In this document: positions 1 to 12,104 of the stretch, piece by piece
Layout of the letters: each line of letters starts with the position of its first letter
Numbering within the stretch: the first letter of the stretch is position 1
Program-made: the position numbers and the translations under genes
The notes under the pieces: model-generated
Seen by the model: only the letters and a program-made list of their open reading frames with translations
Told to the model about the DNA's origin: nothing
Database searches by the model: none
Assembly (NCBI GenBank): GCA_934464705.1
Contig: CAKSKB010000004.1
Location: 9,570 to 73,569 of the forward strand
Direction: 5' to 3'
DNA: 64,000 bases
Source: an uncultured Clostridia bacterium
GTDB taxonomy: Bacteria; Bacillota; Clostridia; HGM11514

Positions 1-61
1 CATTAATTCCGGAATATGACCATTTCGCAAACAAACCCAAACTGTTCTGAAACAAACTTTT

Positions 62-102
62 TTGACAGAAAAAAGGCGGCTCCATTTTAGGAACCGCCTT
101 TA
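62..102 (-). terminator. Rho-independent terminator downstream of SBP lipoprotein gene
   Basis: Minus-strand reading gives AAGGCGGTTCC-TAAAAT-GGAGCCGCCTT stem-loop followed by TTTTTTCTGTC. Confidence 0.6.
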
Positions 103-110
103 ATATCATT

Positions 111-1589
111 TTATTTGCCTTCGGAAGCAAGCCATTCGTCAAGCTGTCTCTGAATTTCATCAATAACAACCTTCTGACCTGCCATTTCGAGTTTTTCCTG
201 TCTTTCGGGAACCGTAACCTCAGGGTCCTGAAGTCCGTAACCGATAATCTTGTTATATTCCTGACCAACAGAAGAAATCTGCGACATTTCGGACTCTACC
301 GGAGAGGGGTCAAAGCTGAAACCGATATACGGGTCAACATCAGCTGCCTCGTTTTCCTTCTTGGTCTGTTCCCAAACATCGTCCTCATAGGAAGGAGCAA
401 GGTATGCAAGGAACTGGCTGCCTACCATAAATTCCGCAATGTAATATGCGCTGCCTGCGTCCCTGTTCATTCTGTTGGGGTCGTTGGGGTCTTTTTCATA
501 ATCTCTGCCTTCGATACCGTAGCAAAGAAGGTTCAGAAGATACTGGTCTTCAAAAAGAAGGTCAATGAGCCTGAGTGCCCTAACGGGGTTTTTGGAGTTA
601 GCGCTGATTGCGTTGAGTGTTGACTGAACACCGCTTCTGTTCAGGATTGCTCTCGATGTGGGGATTGCAATTACATCGTAACCGTTTGAAAGTTTGAACT
701 TGCCGGCATTGCCCGGAAGGTTTCTTGAATAATTGGAATAAACCTTTTTCTGCTTAACAAGAGAACTTGTGTCATCAAGGGTTGCGATATCCGCCGGGAA
801 GAAGCCCTTTTCGTTCCAGGTTCTCATTCTCTTAGCGTTATCCACGGTTTCATCATAGCTGTCGGTAACCTTATCGTTGATAATGTCGAAACCGCCGGCT
901 GTAGAGGAACGCTCGCCGTGGTCAACGAAGTATCCCGGACTGGCCTGTGTTGTGATAGCAAAATCAGAAGACTCGCCTTCTCTTACAACATCGTAAATTT
1001 CTTCGATATCGTCCATAGAGGAAGCGGAGTTGATTTTGTCGGTAAGGTTGTACTTTTCGGAAACATCCTTAATGAAAGTCATACCGCCCTGGTTGTAAAG
1101 CACCTGTTCAACCGGAACGCCGTAAATCTTGTTTGCAACCGTTGCAGCCTCCCAGATACCGTCTTTGTAGCGTGCCTTAAGTGACTTGAGCTCGGGCAGT
1201 TCAAGATAATCGTCAAGTGCAAGGAACGCGCCCTTTGCCACGTTAGGCTCGTACTTATTTGCCCAGTTTGACGTCCAGATGATGTCAACCGCTTCATCAG
1301 ATGCAAGCGCGAGCTGAACCTTGGAATCGTAATCGCCGGGCTCGATGCACTGAATGTCGAGGCTTGCATTAAGCTTTTCCTCAACATATTCGTTAGCCTT
1401 TTCCATAACTTCTTTGAAGCCTGAGGGTTCGGATGTCCTTATGTACCAAACCAAATCCACATGCTTTTCGGGGTCATCTGCGATAATCCCCGCCTTTTTC
1501 TTGCCGCTGTTCGACGAACCGCACGCACAAAGCGAAACAGCTATCGAAAGCGCAAGAACTGCTGAAATAATTCTGCTGAATTTTTTCAT
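111..1589 (-). CDS. ABC transporter extracellular solute-binding lipoprotein (family 1 SBP, carbohydrate-type)
   Basis: 492 aa. N-terminus MKKFSRIISAVLALSIAVSLCACGSS is a lipoprotein signal with lipobox LCAC|G. AGGAG RBS 7 nt upstream of ATG. Overall size and composition fit SBP_bac_1 proteins. Confidence 0.75.
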   Translation of the reverse strand: MKKFSRIISAVLALSIAVSLCACGSSNSGKKKAGIIADDPEKHVDLVWYIRTSEPSGFKEVMEKANEYVEEKLNASLDIQCIEPGDYDSKVQLALASDEAVDIIWTSNWANKYEPNVAKGAFLALDDYLELPELKSLKARYKDGIWEAATVANKIYGVPVEQVLYNQGGMTFIKDVSEKYNLTDKINSASSMDDIEEIYDVVREGESSDFAITTQASPGYFVDHGERSSTAGGFDIINDKVTDSYDETVDNAKRMRTWNEKGFFPADIATLDDTSSLVKQKKVYSNYSRNLPGNAGKFKLSNGYDVIAIPTSRAILNRSGVQSTLNAISANSKNPVRALRLIDLLFEDQYLLNLLCYGIEGRDYEKDPNDPNRMNRDAGSAYYIAEFMVGSQFLAYLAPSYEDDVWEQTKKENEAADVDPYIGFSFDPSPVESEMSQISSVGQEYNKIIGYGLQDPEVTVPERQEKLEMAGQKVVIDEIQRQLDEWLASEGK

Positions 1590-1721
1590 ACTTTTACTCC
1601 TTTATTGTTAGAATTCGATGGTGTCATCGTTATAGATATTATAGCATATCTGCACAAAAAAGTAAAGTACTTTTTGTAATTATATTGACTTTTTTTATGA
1701 CAAGATTGACATGTTTAAACG

Positions 1722-1757
1722 AAAAAAGCCCCGGCAGAATTGCCGGAGCTTTTTTTA
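1722..1757 (-). terminator. Terminator of alpha operon after rplQ (bidirectional shape)
   Basis: AAAAAAGCCCCGGCAGAATTGCCGGAGCTTTTTTT: GC-rich hairpin flanked by an A-run and a T-run, directly 3' of the rplQ stop. Confidence 0.75.
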
Positions 1758-1768
1758 TCAACCCATAA

Positions 1769-2110
1769 TTAAACTAACTCTAAAATAGCCATGGGTGCAC
1801 AGTCGCCTCTGCGCGGACCCATCTTAACAACACGGGTGTAACCGCCGTTTCTGTCAGCATATTTAGGAGCAATTTCGTCAAAGAGCTTTTTAACAACATC
1901 TTCTTTTGTGATGTAAGCCAAAGCCTGACGCCTTGAATGCAGGGTATTTGTTTTGCCGAGAGTAATCATCTTGTCGACAATAACTCTTGTTTCCTTAGCT
2001 CTCATTTCGGTAGTTGTAATCTTGCCGTTTTCAAGAGCGGAAGTAACAAGATTTCTGAGCATAGCGCGTCTCTGATCGGCGGGACGGCCTAATTTTCTGT
2101 TACCTGCCAT
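1769..2110 (-). CDS. rplQ: 50S ribosomal protein L17
   Basis: 113 aa. [25 protein letters not shown]... is the L17 signature. Last gene of the alpha operon. Confidence 0.95.
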   Translation of the reverse strand: MAGNRKLGRPADQRRAMLRNLVTSALENGKITTTEMRAKETRVIVDKMITLGKTNTLHSRRQALAYITKEDVVKKLFDEIAPKYADRNGGYTRVVKMGPRRGDCAPMAILELV

Positions 2111-2128
2111 AGTCGTTTACCTCCTTAG

Positions 2129-3088
2129 TTATTGTTGATCTTCTTCATCGGACAGCGACAGCCCTAATGAAACAAGCTTATTCATAACTTCTTCAAGAGA
2201 CTTTCTGCCCAGGTTTCTTACCTTCATCATGTCCTCTTCGGTTCTGTTGATAAGGTCGCCAACAGTATTGATTCCCGCACGCTTCAAGCAGTTGTAGGAA
2301 CGAACCGAGAAGTCAAGATCCTCGATAAGCATACTCAAAATTTTGTCCGGTCTTGCTTCTTCCTTTTCCTTCATGATTTCGGTATCCTTAGCCGCATCGG
2401 AAAGTTCGATGAACAGGTTAAGGTGCTCGTTCATGATTTTTGAACCAAGACTCAGTGCCTCATCGGGCGCAATGACTTCGTTTGTCCAGATTTCAACTGT
2501 AAGCTTATCAAAATCGGTATCTCTGCCCACACGGGTGTTTTCAACGGTATAGTTGAACTTCTTAACGGGTGTGAACGCAGAGTCAACCGGAATCACACCG
2601 ATTACCGACTGTGCAAGGCTTTCCTTATTTTTATCGGACGAAACGTAGCCGCGGCCGCGGTCGAGGGTAATTTCCATATACAGTCTGCCTTCCTCATTGA
2701 GTGAAGCAATGTGAAGGTCACCGTTCAAAATTTCAACATCGGCGTCTTCCTTAATATCGGAAGCGCAGATTTCACATGGACCCTTCGCGTCGATATAAAC
2801 AACCTTAGGTCCGTCGCAATGAAGCTTTGCAGCTAACTTTTTAATGTTAAGTATAATTTCGGTGACATCCTCTCTCACCCCGGGAAGAGTTGAGAATTCA
2901 TGGAGAACGCCATCGATCTTAACAGATGTAACCGCAACACCCGGAAGCGACGAAAGAAGAATTCTTCTTAAGCAATTGCCGAGTGTTATACCGAAGCCAC
3001 GCTCTAATGGCTCGGCAACAAATTTTCCGTATGAACCGTCATCAGCCTGTTCAACACATTCGACTCTCGGTTTTTCGATTTCCAACAT
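2129..3088 (-). CDS. rpoA: DNA-directed RNA polymerase alpha subunit
   Basis: [13 protein letters not shown]... N-terminus with a C-terminal alpha-CTD. The ORF caller started at an in-RBS TTG (3094); the ATG at 3088 has GGAGG 8 nt upstream. Confidence 0.95.
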   Translation of the reverse strand: MLEIEKPRVECVEQADDGSYGKFVAEPLERGFGITLGNCLRRILLSSLPGVAVTSVKIDGVLHEFSTLPGVREDVTEIILNIKKLAAKLHCDGPKVVYIDAKGPCEICASDIKEDADVEILNGDLHIASLNEEGRLYMEITLDRGRGYVSSDKNKESLAQSVIGVIPVDSAFTPVKKFNYTVENTRVGRDTDFDKLTVEIWTNEVIAPDEALSLGSKIMNEHLNLFIELSDAAKDTEIMKEKEEARPDKILSMLIEDLDFSVRSYNCLKRAGINTVGDLINRTEEDMMKVRNLGRKSLEEVMNKLVSLGLSLSDEEDQQ

Positions 3089-3136
3089 GTGCAAAACCTC
3101 CTTCGCAAAATAAGAGATTTATCAAAAATCTCAGTA

Positions 3137-3763
3137 TTACTTAGAATACAATTCGACGATAAGATGTTCCTCGATGGGAAGATCTATATCTTCTCTTGCA
3201 GCCAGGGAAACAACCTTAACCTGCATATTGTCAACATCAACGTCGAGCCATTTTGCCTTAGGCTTGCCTGCTGTGGCATCACAAACGTTCTTTATCTTAA
3301 CGCTGTTTCTGCTTGTTTCTTTAACGGCGATAACATCTCCGGCCTTAACGAGGAAGGAAGGAATGTTAACCTTTTTGCCGTTTACCGTAAAGTGACCGTG
3401 TCTTACAAGCTGTCTTGCTTCGGGTCTTGACATAGCAAAGCCGGCTCTGTAAACAACATTGTCGATTCTGCTTTCAAGGATAGAAAGCAGGTTTTCACCG
3501 GTAACACCCTTAGCCTTGGAAGCCATTTCAAAGTATTTTCCGAACTGGCTTTCAAGAACTCCGTAATATCTTCTAACCTTCTGCTTTTCTCTGAGCTGTA
3601 AGCCGTATTCGGACATTTTCTTTCTTGCCTGGCCGTGCTGACCGGGAGCATAGGTTCTTCTGTCCAAAGCGCACTTACCCGTATAGCAGCGGTCACCCTT
3701 CAAGAAAAGCTTCTGGCCTTCTCTGCGGCAAAGTCTGCACACTGCAGCTGTATATCGTGCCAT
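3137..3763 (-). CDS. rpsD: 30S ribosomal protein S4
   Basis: [32 protein letters not shown], including the zinc-finger-type S4 N-terminus. Confidence 0.95.
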   Translation of the reverse strand: MARYTAAVCRLCRREGQKLFLKGDRCYTGKCALDRRTYAPGQHGQARKKMSEYGLQLREKQKVRRYYGVLESQFGKYFEMASKAKGVTGENLLSILESRIDNVVYRAGFAMSRPEARQLVRHGHFTVNGKKVNIPSFLVKAGDVIAVKETSRNSVKIKNVCDATAGKPKAKWLDVDVDNMQVKVVSLAAREDIDLPIEEHLIVELYSK

Positions 3764-3809
3764 ATTTGCACCTCCATATGTTATTCAATAATTTCTTAAC
3801 CCGAAACAA

Positions 3810-4205
3810 TCAAACTCTGCGGCGTTTCGGCGGTCTGCATCCGTTGTGAGGAATAGGTGTAACATCCTTGATCATGCTGACTTCAAGACCTGCACCCTGA
3901 AGCGCTCTGATAGCAGCTTCTCTTCCGGCACCGGGACCCTTAACAAATACTTCGACCCTCTTGAGGCCATGCTCCATAGCAGCTTTGGCAGCCGTTTCGG
4001 CAGCCATCTGAGCAGCAAAAGGAGTATTTTTCTTAGAACCGCGGAAACCCAGTCCGCCGGCGCTTGCCCATGAAAGAGCATTTCCGGCAACATCGGTAAT
4101 TGTAACGATAGTGTTATTGAACGATGACTGGATATGTGCTGCGCCGCTTTCGATATTCTTACGCTCACGCCTTCTGTGAGTCGTTCTCTTGACCGTTTTA
4201 GCCAT
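3810..4205 (-). CDS. rpsK: 30S ribosomal protein S11
   Basis: 131 aa with [29 protein letters not shown] motif. Confidence 0.95.
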   Translation of the reverse strand: MAKTVKRTTHRRRERKNIESGAAHIQSSFNNTIVTITDVAGNALSWASAGGLGFRGSKKNTPFAAQMAAETAAKAAMEHGLKRVEVFVKGPGAGREAAIRALQGAGLEVSMIKDVTPIPHNGCRPPKRRRV

Positions 4206-4220
4206 AATAAATCCTCCTGA

Positions 4221-4589
4221 TTACTTCTTCTTACCTGCCATTGTTTTCTTGGGACCTTTTCTTGTTCTGGCATTATTCTTTGTATTCTGACCTCTAACGG
4301 GGAGACCTCTTCTGTGACGAAGTCCTCTGTAGCAGCCGATTTCGATAAGTCTCTTGATGTCAAGAGATACCTGCCTGCGAAGGTCACCTTCAACAGTGTA
4401 CTGTGCGTCGATTATATCACGGAGCTTACCGTTTTCTTCTTCGGTAAGGTCCTTAACTCTTGTATCGGGATTAATTCCGGCTTCCGCAAGGATTTTTCTT
4501 GCGCTCTGGACACCGATACCGTAAATATAAGTCAAGCCGTATTCAATACGCTTCTCTTTAGGTAAATCAACACCTGCGATTCTTGCCAT
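4221..4589 (-). CDS. rpsM: 30S ribosomal protein S13
   Basis: [26 protein letters not shown]. The caller's GTG start at 4601 lies inside the AGGAGG RBS, so the ATG at 4589 is preferred. Confidence 0.93.
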   Translation of the reverse strand: MARIAGVDLPKEKRIEYGLTYIYGIGVQSARKILAEAGINPDTRVKDLTEEENGKLRDIIDAQYTVEGDLRRQVSLDIKRLIEIGCYRGLRHRRGLPVRGQNTKNNARTRKGPKKTMAGKKK

Positions 4590-4695
4590 TGCTCTTTGCA
4601 CCTCCTGTTTTTTGTGGTTATTTGGATAAATAATATATTAATGCTGTTGCGCTGCATAAGGCTTGCGCCCTATGCCAGCCGCTCGCAACAGTGCA

Positions 4696-5050
<355 letters not shown>

Positions 5051-5084
5051 GATGACCAACCTCCTTTGAAATCCGGAAGCAAAT

Positions 5085-5363
5085 TTAGCTTCCTTGCCCG
5101 CCGGACAGCCTTGAAATTTCTTCCCTCACATCGGAGTTTGAAACACGGCCGTCCTCAGCCAGTTTGTTACCTATAAATTCGCTATGCTGTCCAAGTAACT
5201 TTAAATGCTTGATTTTTTTCTTTTTGGGTTTTTCAACCCTGCGCATCCTGCCGTCACTTATGAAAACATGCCGCTGATCGCATAGGGACATAACGATAAA
5301 AATTCTGTCCTTGTCCCGTCCTGCCACAGATTTCACGAATGCTGACGGGTAAAAATCCTCCAC
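5085..5363 (-). CDS. KOW-domain RNA-binding protein (conserved small gene between map and infA in Clostridia)
   Basis: 92 aa. [15 protein letters not shown] is a KOW motif. GTG start with GAGGTGA RBS. Position is conserved. Confidence 0.7.
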   Translation of the reverse strand: MEDFYPSAFVKSVAGRDKDRIFIVMSLCDQRHVFISDGRMRRVEKPKKKKIKHLKLLGQHSEFIGNKLAEDGRVSNSDVREEISRLSGGQGS

Positions 5364-5382
5364 TGATTAATCACCTCATACA

Positions 5383-6132
5383 CTACTTAATCGTCAGAAT
5401 TACCGGTTCATTATCAGTTATTAAAATGGTATTTTCGTAATGTGCGGCGAGCTTTCGGTCGCGGGTGTATGTTGTCCACCCGTCATCCGCAACAAATACC
5501 TCCTTGCAGCCCTGGTTAACCATAGGCTCGATTGCCAGAGTCATACCGGGATAGAGCCTCGGTCCTCTGCAAGGTGCGCCGTAATTCGGGATACTGGGGT
5601 CCTCATGAAGCTGGCTTCCCACGCCGTGACCTACAAAATCACGGACTACCGAAAAACCGTTATCCTCGACATAAGTCTGGATAGCATGAGAGATATTACT
5701 GAGTCTTTCACCCTGTTTTGCATGAGCGATTCCCTCAAAAAAGCTTTGCTTTGTAACATCAATCAGCCTTTGTGCTTCGCTGCTGATTTTCCCCGCACCG
5801 AAGGTTCGTGCGCAATCGGCATGATAGCCGTTTAAGAATACACCTATATCGATACTAACGATATCGCCTTCCTTAATGACCTTGTGCTTGCTCGGTATGC
5901 CGTGAATTATAACATCGTTTACCGATGCGCACACAGACCCCGGGAAGCCCCTGTAATTAAGGAATGACGGCGTTGCGTTATGTGCCGTGATATAATCATG
6001 GGCGATTCTGTCCAGCTCTGCCGTGGTGACACCCGGAACAATATTTTCCTCCATAAGTTCTAAAACCTCGGCGGCAATTATTCCGGCTGCCCTCATTTTT
6101 TGTATTTCTTTTTGTGATTTAACAGATATCAT
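5383..6132 (-). CDS. map: Methionine aminopeptidase type I
   Basis: 249 aa with the MetAP-I fold and metal ligands (D..D..H..E..E pattern, HGIP motif). Confidence 0.93.
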   Translation of the reverse strand: MISVKSQKEIQKMRAAGIIAAEVLELMEENIVPGVTTAELDRIAHDYITAHNATPSFLNYRGFPGSVCASVNDVIIHGIPSKHKVIKEGDIVSIDIGVFLNGYHADCARTFGAGKISSEAQRLIDVTKQSFFEGIAHAKQGERLSNISHAIQTYVEDNGFSVVRDFVGHGVGSQLHEDPSIPNYGAPCRGPRLYPGMTLAIEPMVNQGCKEVFVADDGWTTYTRDRKLAAHYENTILITDNEPVILTIK

Positions 6133-6134
6133 AA

Positions 6135-6770
6135 TTAAAGCGCCTCGATAATCTCAAAAACATTCTTAGTGATATTATCCAGAGTGTCATCCGCATTAAC
6201 CTGCTTCAGAACTCCCATTTTATCATAGTAGCCTTTGAGAGGCTCGCTCTGCTCATAGTAAACCTTAAGGCGGTTTTTAATAGTTTCGGGCTTATCATCA
6301 TCACGGGTAATAAGGTCGGCATCGCACTTATCGCACTTTTCACCTTTTGCCGACGGCTTATTATCAACATGGAAGGTTGCTCCGCACTTAGGGCACTCGC
6401 GTCTTCCGGCAAGTCTCTTAATAATCACATCATCGGCAACTTCAAAGGAAAGTGCAAGGTCGATTTTAACGCCGAGCTCTTTGAGTGCGTCCGCCTGAGC
6501 GATTGTGCGCGGAAATCCGTCAAGGATAAATCCGTTTGCGCAATCGGGATTTTTAAGTCTGTCCGAAATCATGCCGATGATAACATCATCGCCCACAAGC
6601 TTACCTGCGTCAATCAATTCCTTAGCCATTTTGCCGAACTCCGTACCCTCGCGGATAGCCGCGCGGAGCATAGCGCCGGTTGAAATGGTGGGAATATTAT
6701 ATTTCTTGGAAATTATTTCTGCCTGGGTACCTTTTCCCGTTCCGGGGGCACCTAACATAATCATATTCAT
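6135..6770 (-). CDS. adk: Adenylate kinase
   Basis: MNMIMLGAPGTGKGTQ P-loop. LID domain carries a Zn knuckle CPKCG...CDKCD. Start moved to the internal ATG that has a GGTGA RBS. Confidence 0.93.
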   Translation of the reverse strand: MNMIMLGAPGTGKGTQAEIISKKYNIPTISTGAMLRAAIREGTEFGKMAKELIDAGKLVGDDVIIGMISDRLKNPDCANGFILDGFPRTIAQADALKELGVKIDLALSFEVADDVIIKRLAGRRECPKCGATFHVDNKPSAKGEKCDKCDADLITRDDDKPETIKNRLKVYYEQSEPLKGYYDKMGVLKQVNADDTLDNITKNVFEIIEAL

Positions 6771-6788
6771 GCTTGTCACCATCCGGAA

Positions 6789-8045
6789 TTATTCAAGGAA
6801 GCCCTTGTAGTTTCTCATCATCATCTGAGATTCAATCTGCTTGCCGGTTTCAAGAATTACGCCGACAACGATAAGGAGCGATGTACCGCCGATTGCAATT
6901 CCGCCGAGGCCGAACACCTTTGCGAGAATCATCGGAACTACTGCAACAAGACCGATAAATACGGCGCCTGCCATAGTAATCTTGTTAAGCGACTTATCGA
7001 TATAGTCGGAAGTAGGCTTGCCGGGGCGGATACCGCGGATTGAGCCGCCGTTGTTTTTCATATTGTTGGCAATTTCGATCGTATTGAACTGAATCTTCGT
7101 ATAGAAGAATGTAAAGAACAATATAAGAAGGAAATAAAGCACAATATAAATCCAGGAGTTGGATGAGAAGATATTTCTCATAACCCAGTTATCCTGTTTG
7201 CCAAACAGCTGCATGATTGTTGCCGGGAACATCATGATTGACATAGCGAAGATGATCGGGATAACGCCTGCCATACTAACCTTAATCGGAATGTATGTGC
7301 TCTGACCGCCGTACATCTTTCTGCCGACAACTCTTTTAGCATACTGAACGGGGATTCTGCGTTCGGCGTCGTTCATGAGAACGATGAAGCCGAATACAAC
7401 GACAAGTACCACTACGAATATGAGAGCAACGATATAGGAAAGCGAACCTGCCTTGATGTTCTCATAGATTGTTGTTGCGATACTCGGGAATCTGGAAACG
7501 ATACCCGCAAAGATGATAAGCGAAATACCGTTGCCGATACCGTTTTCCGTAATCTTTTCGCCGAGCCACATAAGGAACGCCGTTCCTGCGGTAAGGGAAA
7601 GGATAACGGTAAGGTAAGAAAGAGCGTTTCTGTTTTCAATCAGGCCGGTAAAAGCGAAGTACATACCGGTTGACTGAATGAAAGCGAGAATAATCGTGAG
7701 ATATCTTGTATACTGCGCGATTTTCTTTCTGCCTTCGTCGCCGTCTCTTGCGATTCTTTCAAGAGCGGGAATAGCAACTGTAAGAAGCTGCATGATAATT
7801 GAAGAGTTGATGTACGGGGTGATGGACATAGCCAGAACGGACATCTGAGAGAGACCGCCACCGGAAATCATATCCATAAAACCGAGTGCATCAAAGCTTC
7901 CGAGCGCATCCTTCAGAGCCTCTCTGTTAACGCCCGGAACGGTGATAAATTCGCCCAATCTGAAGATGATGAGAAGGAAAATTGTATATAAAATTTTTCT
8001 TCTTAACTCTTTTGTCTTGAACGCGTTAATAACCGAATTAAACAA
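6789..8045 (-). CDS. secY: Preprotein translocase subunit SecY
   Basis: 418 aa, 10-TM profile, between rplO and adk. Confidence 0.95.
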   Translation of the reverse strand: MFNSVINAFKTKELRRKILYTIFLLIIFRLGEFITVPGVNREALKDALGSFDALGFMDMISGGGLSQMSVLAMSITPYINSSIIMQLLTVAIPALERIARDGDEGRKKIAQYTRYLTIILAFIQSTGMYFAFTGLIENRNALSYLTVILSLTAGTAFLMWLGEKITENGIGNGISLIIFAGIVSRFPSIATTIYENIKAGSLSYIVALIFVVVLVVVFGFIVLMNDAERRIPVQYAKRVVGRKMYGGQSTYIPIKVSMAGVIPIIFAMSIMMFPATIMQLFGKQDNWVMRNIFSSNSWIYIVLYFLLILFFTFFYTKIQFNTIEIANNMKNNGGSIRGIRPGKPTSDYIDKSLNKITMAGAVFIGLVAVVPMILAKVFGLGGIAIGGTSLLIVVGVILETGKQIESQMMMRNYKGFLE

Positions 8046-8486
8046 TTAGATCACCTCAGCCTTTCCGCCGGCTGCGGCAATTTTTTCCTCTGCAGATTTA
8101 GTAAATCTGGCAGCCTGAACGGTAAGACTCTTAGTAACTTCACCTCTGCCCAATACTACGACCCCGTCACAGATTTTGGAGATAACGCCCGTTTCCTTCA
8201 GAAGCTCGGGTGTAACCACGGTTCCGTTCTCGAATCTTTCAAGCTGAGCTATATTAATTTCAACATATTCCTTAGCGAAGATGTTTGTAAATCCGCGCTT
8301 AGGCAATCTTCTTGCAAGGGGCATCTGACCGCCTTCAAAGCCCGGCCTTACGCCGCCGCCCGAACGAGCTTTCTGACCCTTATGACCGCGGCCTGCAGTT
8401 TTACCGTTACCGGTTCCGTGACCACGACCCTTTCTTTTAGCATCCTTCACCGAACCCGGTGCAGGAGAAAGTTCATGTAACTTCAT
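8046..8486 (-). CDS. rplO: 50S ribosomal protein L15
   Basis: [39 protein letters not shown]. Confidence 0.95.
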   Translation of the reverse strand: MKLHELSPAPGSVKDAKRKGRGHGTGNGKTAGRGHKGQKARSGGGVRPGFEGGQMPLARRLPKRGFTNIFAKEYVEINIAQLERFENGTVVTPELLKETGVISKICDGVVVLGRGEVTKSLTVQAARFTKSAEEKIAAAGGKAEVI

Positions 8487-8505
8487 CAGCTAACACCTCC
8501 TTCAG

Positions 8506-8688
8506 TTAGTTAACTTCTTTAACTTCAACCAGATGGCAAACCTTTTTAATCATGCCTCTGATAGCGGCATTATCCTCATGGATTTTGACATCTCTGATTT
8601 TTTTGAGGCCCAAAGCTTCAACCGTAGCAATCTGGTCGTCCTTTCTGCCAATTGTGCTTTTTACGAGTGTAACACTTAATTTAGCCAC
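8506..8688 (-). CDS. rpmD: 50S ribosomal protein L30
   Basis: 60 aa, [16 protein letters not shown]. Confidence 0.93.
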   Translation of the reverse strand: MAKLSVTLVKSTIGRKDDQIATVEALGLKKIRDVKIHEDNAAIRGMIKKVCHLVEVKEVN

Positions 8689-8700
8689 GTCGTAACCTCC

Positions 8701-9204
8701 TTAACCTAACAGTTCTTCAACAGACTTACCGCGAAGCTTAGCAACTTCCTCAGCGTTTTTGAGCTCGGAAAGTCCCTGAATTGTAGCGCAAACTACATTC
8801 TTGGGGTTGTTGGAACGCAAGCACTTTGTTCTTACATCCTTAATTCCGGCAAGCTCCAAAACGGCACGAGCGCCGCCGCCTGCGATAACACCGGTACCTT
8901 TTCCGGCAGGTTTAAGAAGAACTTCGCCTGCGCCGTAAGTGCCGATAATTTCATGAGGAATGGTTGTTTCAACCATCGGAACTGTAATCATATTCTTTTT
9001 AGCGTCTTCAATGCCTTTACGGATTGCGTCCGGAATTTCGGCAGCCTTACCCATACCGCAGCCAACATGACCGTTCTGGTCACCAACTACAACAAGTGCG
9101 GAAAAGCGGAAGGTTCTACCACCCTTAACAACCTTAGCGACACGGTTGAGCGAAACAACCTTTTCCTTAATATCAAGTGTATTCGCATCGATTCTTTCAG
9201 CCAT
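8701..9204 (-). CDS. rpsE: 30S ribosomal protein S5
   Basis: 167 aa, [22 protein letters not shown]. Confidence 0.95.
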   Translation of the reverse strand: MAERIDANTLDIKEKVVSLNRVAKVVKGGRTFRFSALVVVGDQNGHVGCGMGKAAEIPDAIRKGIEDAKKNMITVPMVETTIPHEIIGTYGAGEVLLKPAGKGTGVIAGGGARAVLELAGIKDVRTKCLRSNNPKNVVCATIQGLSELKNAEEVAKLRGKSVEELLG

Positions 9205-9219
9205 TTGTTACCCTCCTTC

Positions 9220-9582
9220 TTAAAACTCTAATCCGCCTTCTCTGGCGCCTTCGGCAAGTTCCATTACACGACCGTGATAGATATATCCTCCGCGGTCAAA
9301 TACAACTGCCTTAATTCCTGCTTCCAATGCTCTCTTAGCAACGAGCTTGCCTACTTCTCTTGCGGCGTCTTTGTTTCCGCCGTAGTTTGCGCTGAGCTCC
9401 TTGTCAAGTGTTGATGCGCTTACCAAGGTCTTACCGTTAACGTCATCAATAATCTGAGCATACATGTTTTTCAGACTTCTGTAAACATTGAGACGGGGAC
9501 GCTCCGGAGTACCGGAAACCGTCTTCCTAACTCTTTCGTGTCTTGCAACTCTGTTTTTGTTTGAGTCCGGTCTTTTAATCAC
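9220..9582 (-). CDS. rplR: 50S ribosomal protein L18
   Basis: 120 aa, [18 protein letters not shown]. Confidence 0.95.
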   Translation of the reverse strand: MIKRPDSNKNRVARHERVRKTVSGTPERPRLNVYRSLKNMYAQIIDDVNGKTLVSASTLDKELSANYGGNKDAAREVGKLVAKRALEAGIKAVVFDRGGYIYHGRVMELAEGAREGGLEF

Positions 9583-9599
9583 AACATATCACTCCTTTA

Positions 9600-10145
9600 T
9601 TATTTCTTCGCACCGGTCTTACCTTCTTTACGCCTGATGTGTTCATCGGCGTACTTGATTCCCTTGCCCTTATAGGGTTCCGGAGGTCTCTTTTCTCTGA
9701 TCTCCGCCGCAATCTGACCTACAACCTGGTTATCGATACCGTGAACGACAATCTGGTTAGGTGCGGGAACCTCGAAAGTAATGTTTTCAACGGGTTCAAC
9801 AAAAACCTGATGTGAATATCCGAGTGATAATTCAAGAGTTTTACCCTTAAGGGCAGCTCTGTAACCAACACCGTTTATTTCAAGATTTTTTGTAAATCCT
9901 TCAGTAACACCCGTAATCATGTTGTTTACAAGTGTTCTTGTAAGACCGTGAAGTGATTTGTGTACTCTATCCTCGGAAGGACGCTCAACAGTAATCACGT
10001 TACCTTCCACCTTTACGATCATGTCCTTATGCAAATTTCTTTGCAGGGTACCCTTAGGACCTTTTACGCTAATGACATTGGCATCATCTATTTTAACGTC
10101 TACTCCTGCAGGCACTGTAATTGGCATTCTACCAATTCGTGACAT
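9600..10145 (-). CDS. rplF: 50S ribosomal protein L6
   Basis: [34 protein letters not shown]. Confidence 0.95.
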   Translation of the reverse strand: MSRIGRMPITVPAGVDVKIDDANVISVKGPKGTLQRNLHKDMIVKVEGNVITVERPSEDRVHKSLHGLTRTLVNNMITGVTEGFTKNLEINGVGYRAALKGKTLELSLGYSHQVFVEPVENITFEVPAPNQIVVHGIDNQVVGQIAAEIREKRPPEPYKGKGIKYADEHIRRKEGKTGAKK

Positions 10146-10174
10146 TTAACACACCTCCATAATTAAAATAGTAA

Positions 10175-10573
10175 TTACCAAATAAATGCGAGAACTTCGC
10201 CGCCGATATTGAGCTGTCTTGCTTTCTTATCGGTCATAATTCCCTGTGAAGTGGAAATGATGGCGATACCGAGGCCCTTGAGAACCTTCGGGAGCTCATC
10301 CTTTCCGGCATAGACTCTGAGACCGGGCTTGGAGATTCTCTTAAGACCGGAGATAACCTTGGTTTTGTTTTCGCCGTATTTAAGAGTAATCTTTATAAGA
10401 CCCTGCTTTTCGTCATCTATAATCTGATAATTCTTGATGTAACCTTCTTCTAAAAGAATCTGGGCAATAGCCTTCTTCAGATTAGAAGCAGGAACATCAA
10501 CAGATTCATGTTTTTCAGAATTTGCGTTTCTGATACGCGTAAGCATATCAGCAATAGGATCGGTTATATGCAT
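10175..10573 (-). CDS. rpsH: 30S ribosomal protein S8
   Basis: [17 protein letters not shown]. Confidence 0.95.
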   Translation of the reverse strand: MHITDPIADMLTRIRNANSEKHESVDVPASNLKKAIAQILLEEGYIKNYQIIDDEKQGLIKITLKYGENKTKVISGLKRISKPGLRVYAGKDELPKVLKGLGIAIISTSQGIMTDKKARQLNIGGEVLAFIW

Positions 10574-10605
10574 AATTCCTACCTCCTTCCAGTAGTATAC
10601 AGTTT

Positions 10606-10791
10606 TTACCAGCTCGCTTTTTTAACGCCCGGTATCTGTCCTTTATAAGCCAACTCTCTGAAACATATACGGCAAATTCCGAATTTACGCAGATAAGCGT
10701 GAGGTCTGCCGCATATTTTGCATCTTGTATAAGCTCGAGTAGAATATTTAGGAGTTTTCTGCTGTTTTAAGATCATCGCTTTTTTAGCCAA
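10606..10791 (-). CDS. rpsZ: 30S ribosomal protein S14 type Z (zinc-binding)
   Basis: 61 aa with [20 protein letters not shown] four-Cys zinc ribbon. Confidence 0.95.
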   Translation of the reverse strand: MAKKAMILKQQKTPKYSTRAYTRCKICGRPHAYLRKFGICRICFRELAYKGQIPGVKKASW

Positions 10792-10809
10792 TGTTTATCC
10801 TCCTCTCAA

Positions 10810-11352
10810 TTAGTTACGCTGAAACGGTGCACCCATCAATGTAAGCAACTCTCTGCCCTCTTCATCGGTAGCAGCAGTTGTAACAAAGCTAATGTCCATA
10901 CCGCGTACTTTATCAATCTTATCATATTCAATTTCAGGGAAAATCAGCTGTTCTCTAATGCCGAGGGTATAGTTACCTCTGCCGTCGAAAGCATTGCCGT
11001 TGATTCCGCGGAAGTCACGAACACGGGGGAGCGCAACATTGAAGAGTCTGTCGAGGAATTCGTACATTCTCTCACCGCGAAGGGTTACGCGGCAGCCGAT
11101 GTTCATACCTGCTCTGATTTTGAAAGCAGCAACTGACTTCTTAGCCTTGGTGATAGCCGGCTTCTGACCTGTGATAGCAGCGATATCGCCTACAGCAGCG
11201 TCGAGAGCCTTGGAATCGTCTTTTGCTTCGCCCACACCGACATTAACGACGATTTTTTCAATCTTCGGTATCTGCATGGGGCTTTTATAACCAAACTTCT
11301 GCATAAGTGCAGGAGCAACTTCTGTTTTATACTTTTCAGCCATTCTTGACAT
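10810..11352 (-). CDS. rplE: 50S ribosomal protein L5
   Basis: 180 aa, L5 signature. Confidence 0.95.
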   Translation of the reverse strand: MSRMAEKYKTEVAPALMQKFGYKSPMQIPKIEKIVVNVGVGEAKDDSKALDAAVGDIAAITGQKPAITKAKKSVAAFKIRAGMNIGCRVTLRGERMYEFLDRLFNVALPRVRDFRGINGNAFDGRGNYTLGIREQLIFPEIEYDKIDKVRGMDISFVTTAATDEEGRELLTLMGAPFQRN

Positions 11353-11376
11353 TGATAAACCTCCTTTCGAAGCGAA

Positions 11377-11697
11377 TTAGTCGATAACTTCGCCGCATTT
11401 TTTGCAAAATCTAACCTTTTCACCGTCTTCAAGGACCTTAGTGCCGGTTCTTGAAGCCTTACCGCACTTAGGGCAAACAAGCATAACCTTGCAAGCCGGA
11501 ACTGCGGCTTCCTGGTGGACGATACCGCCCTGATCTGCGGCATTTCTGGGCTTTTTATGTTTTGTAACGATATTAACGCCCTTGACTATAACTTTTCCAT
11601 CGGACGGTATAACTGTTAAAACCTCGCCTTTTTTGCCCTTATCCTTACCGGACAGTACAGAAACGTTATCGCCTTTTTTAACGTGAACTTTACTCAA
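11377..11697 (-). CDS. rplX: 50S ribosomal protein L24
   Basis: [30 protein letters not shown] motif. C-terminal CPKCGK...CKKCG zinc ribbon extension. Confidence 0.93.
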   Translation of the reverse strand: MSKVHVKKGDNVSVLSGKDKGKKGEVLTVIPSDGKVIVKGVNIVTKHKKPRNAADQGGIVHQEAAVPACKVMLVCPKCGKASRTGTKVLEDGEKVRFCKKCGEVID

Positions 11698-11715
11698 TTG
11701 TTACACCTCCTAAAA

Positions 11716-12084
11716 TTACAGTACCTCGGGTGCCAGAGAGAGAATCTTCATATATTCTCCGTCTCTGAGCTCTCTTGCTACCGGCCCGAAAATACGGGTT
11801 CCTCTCGGGGTTTTGTCGTCCTTTATGATAACTGCTGCGTTTTCGTCGAACTTAATGTAGGAACCGTCTTTACGGCGAACGCCCTTAACGGATCTTACAA
11901 CAACAGCCTTAACAACATCACCTTTTTTAACAACTCCGCCGGGAATAGCTTTTTTAACGCTGGCAACGATAACATCGCCGATATTTCCGTATCTTCTGGT
12001 GGAGCCGCCTAAAACTCTGATACACATAAGCTCTTTTGCGCCGGTGTTATCGGCAACCTTGAGCAATGATTGCTGCTGTACCAT
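11716..12084 (-). CDS. rplN: 50S ribosomal protein L14
   Basis: [18 protein letters not shown]. Confidence 0.95.
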   Translation of the reverse strand: MVQQQSLLKVADNTGAKELMCIRVLGGSTRRYGNIGDVIVASVKKAIPGGVVKKGDVVKAVVVRSVKGVRRKDGSYIKFDENAAVIIKDDKTPRGTRIFGPVARELRDGEYMKILSLAPEVL

Positions 12085-12104
12085 ACATAATCCTCCAATC
12101 CGAA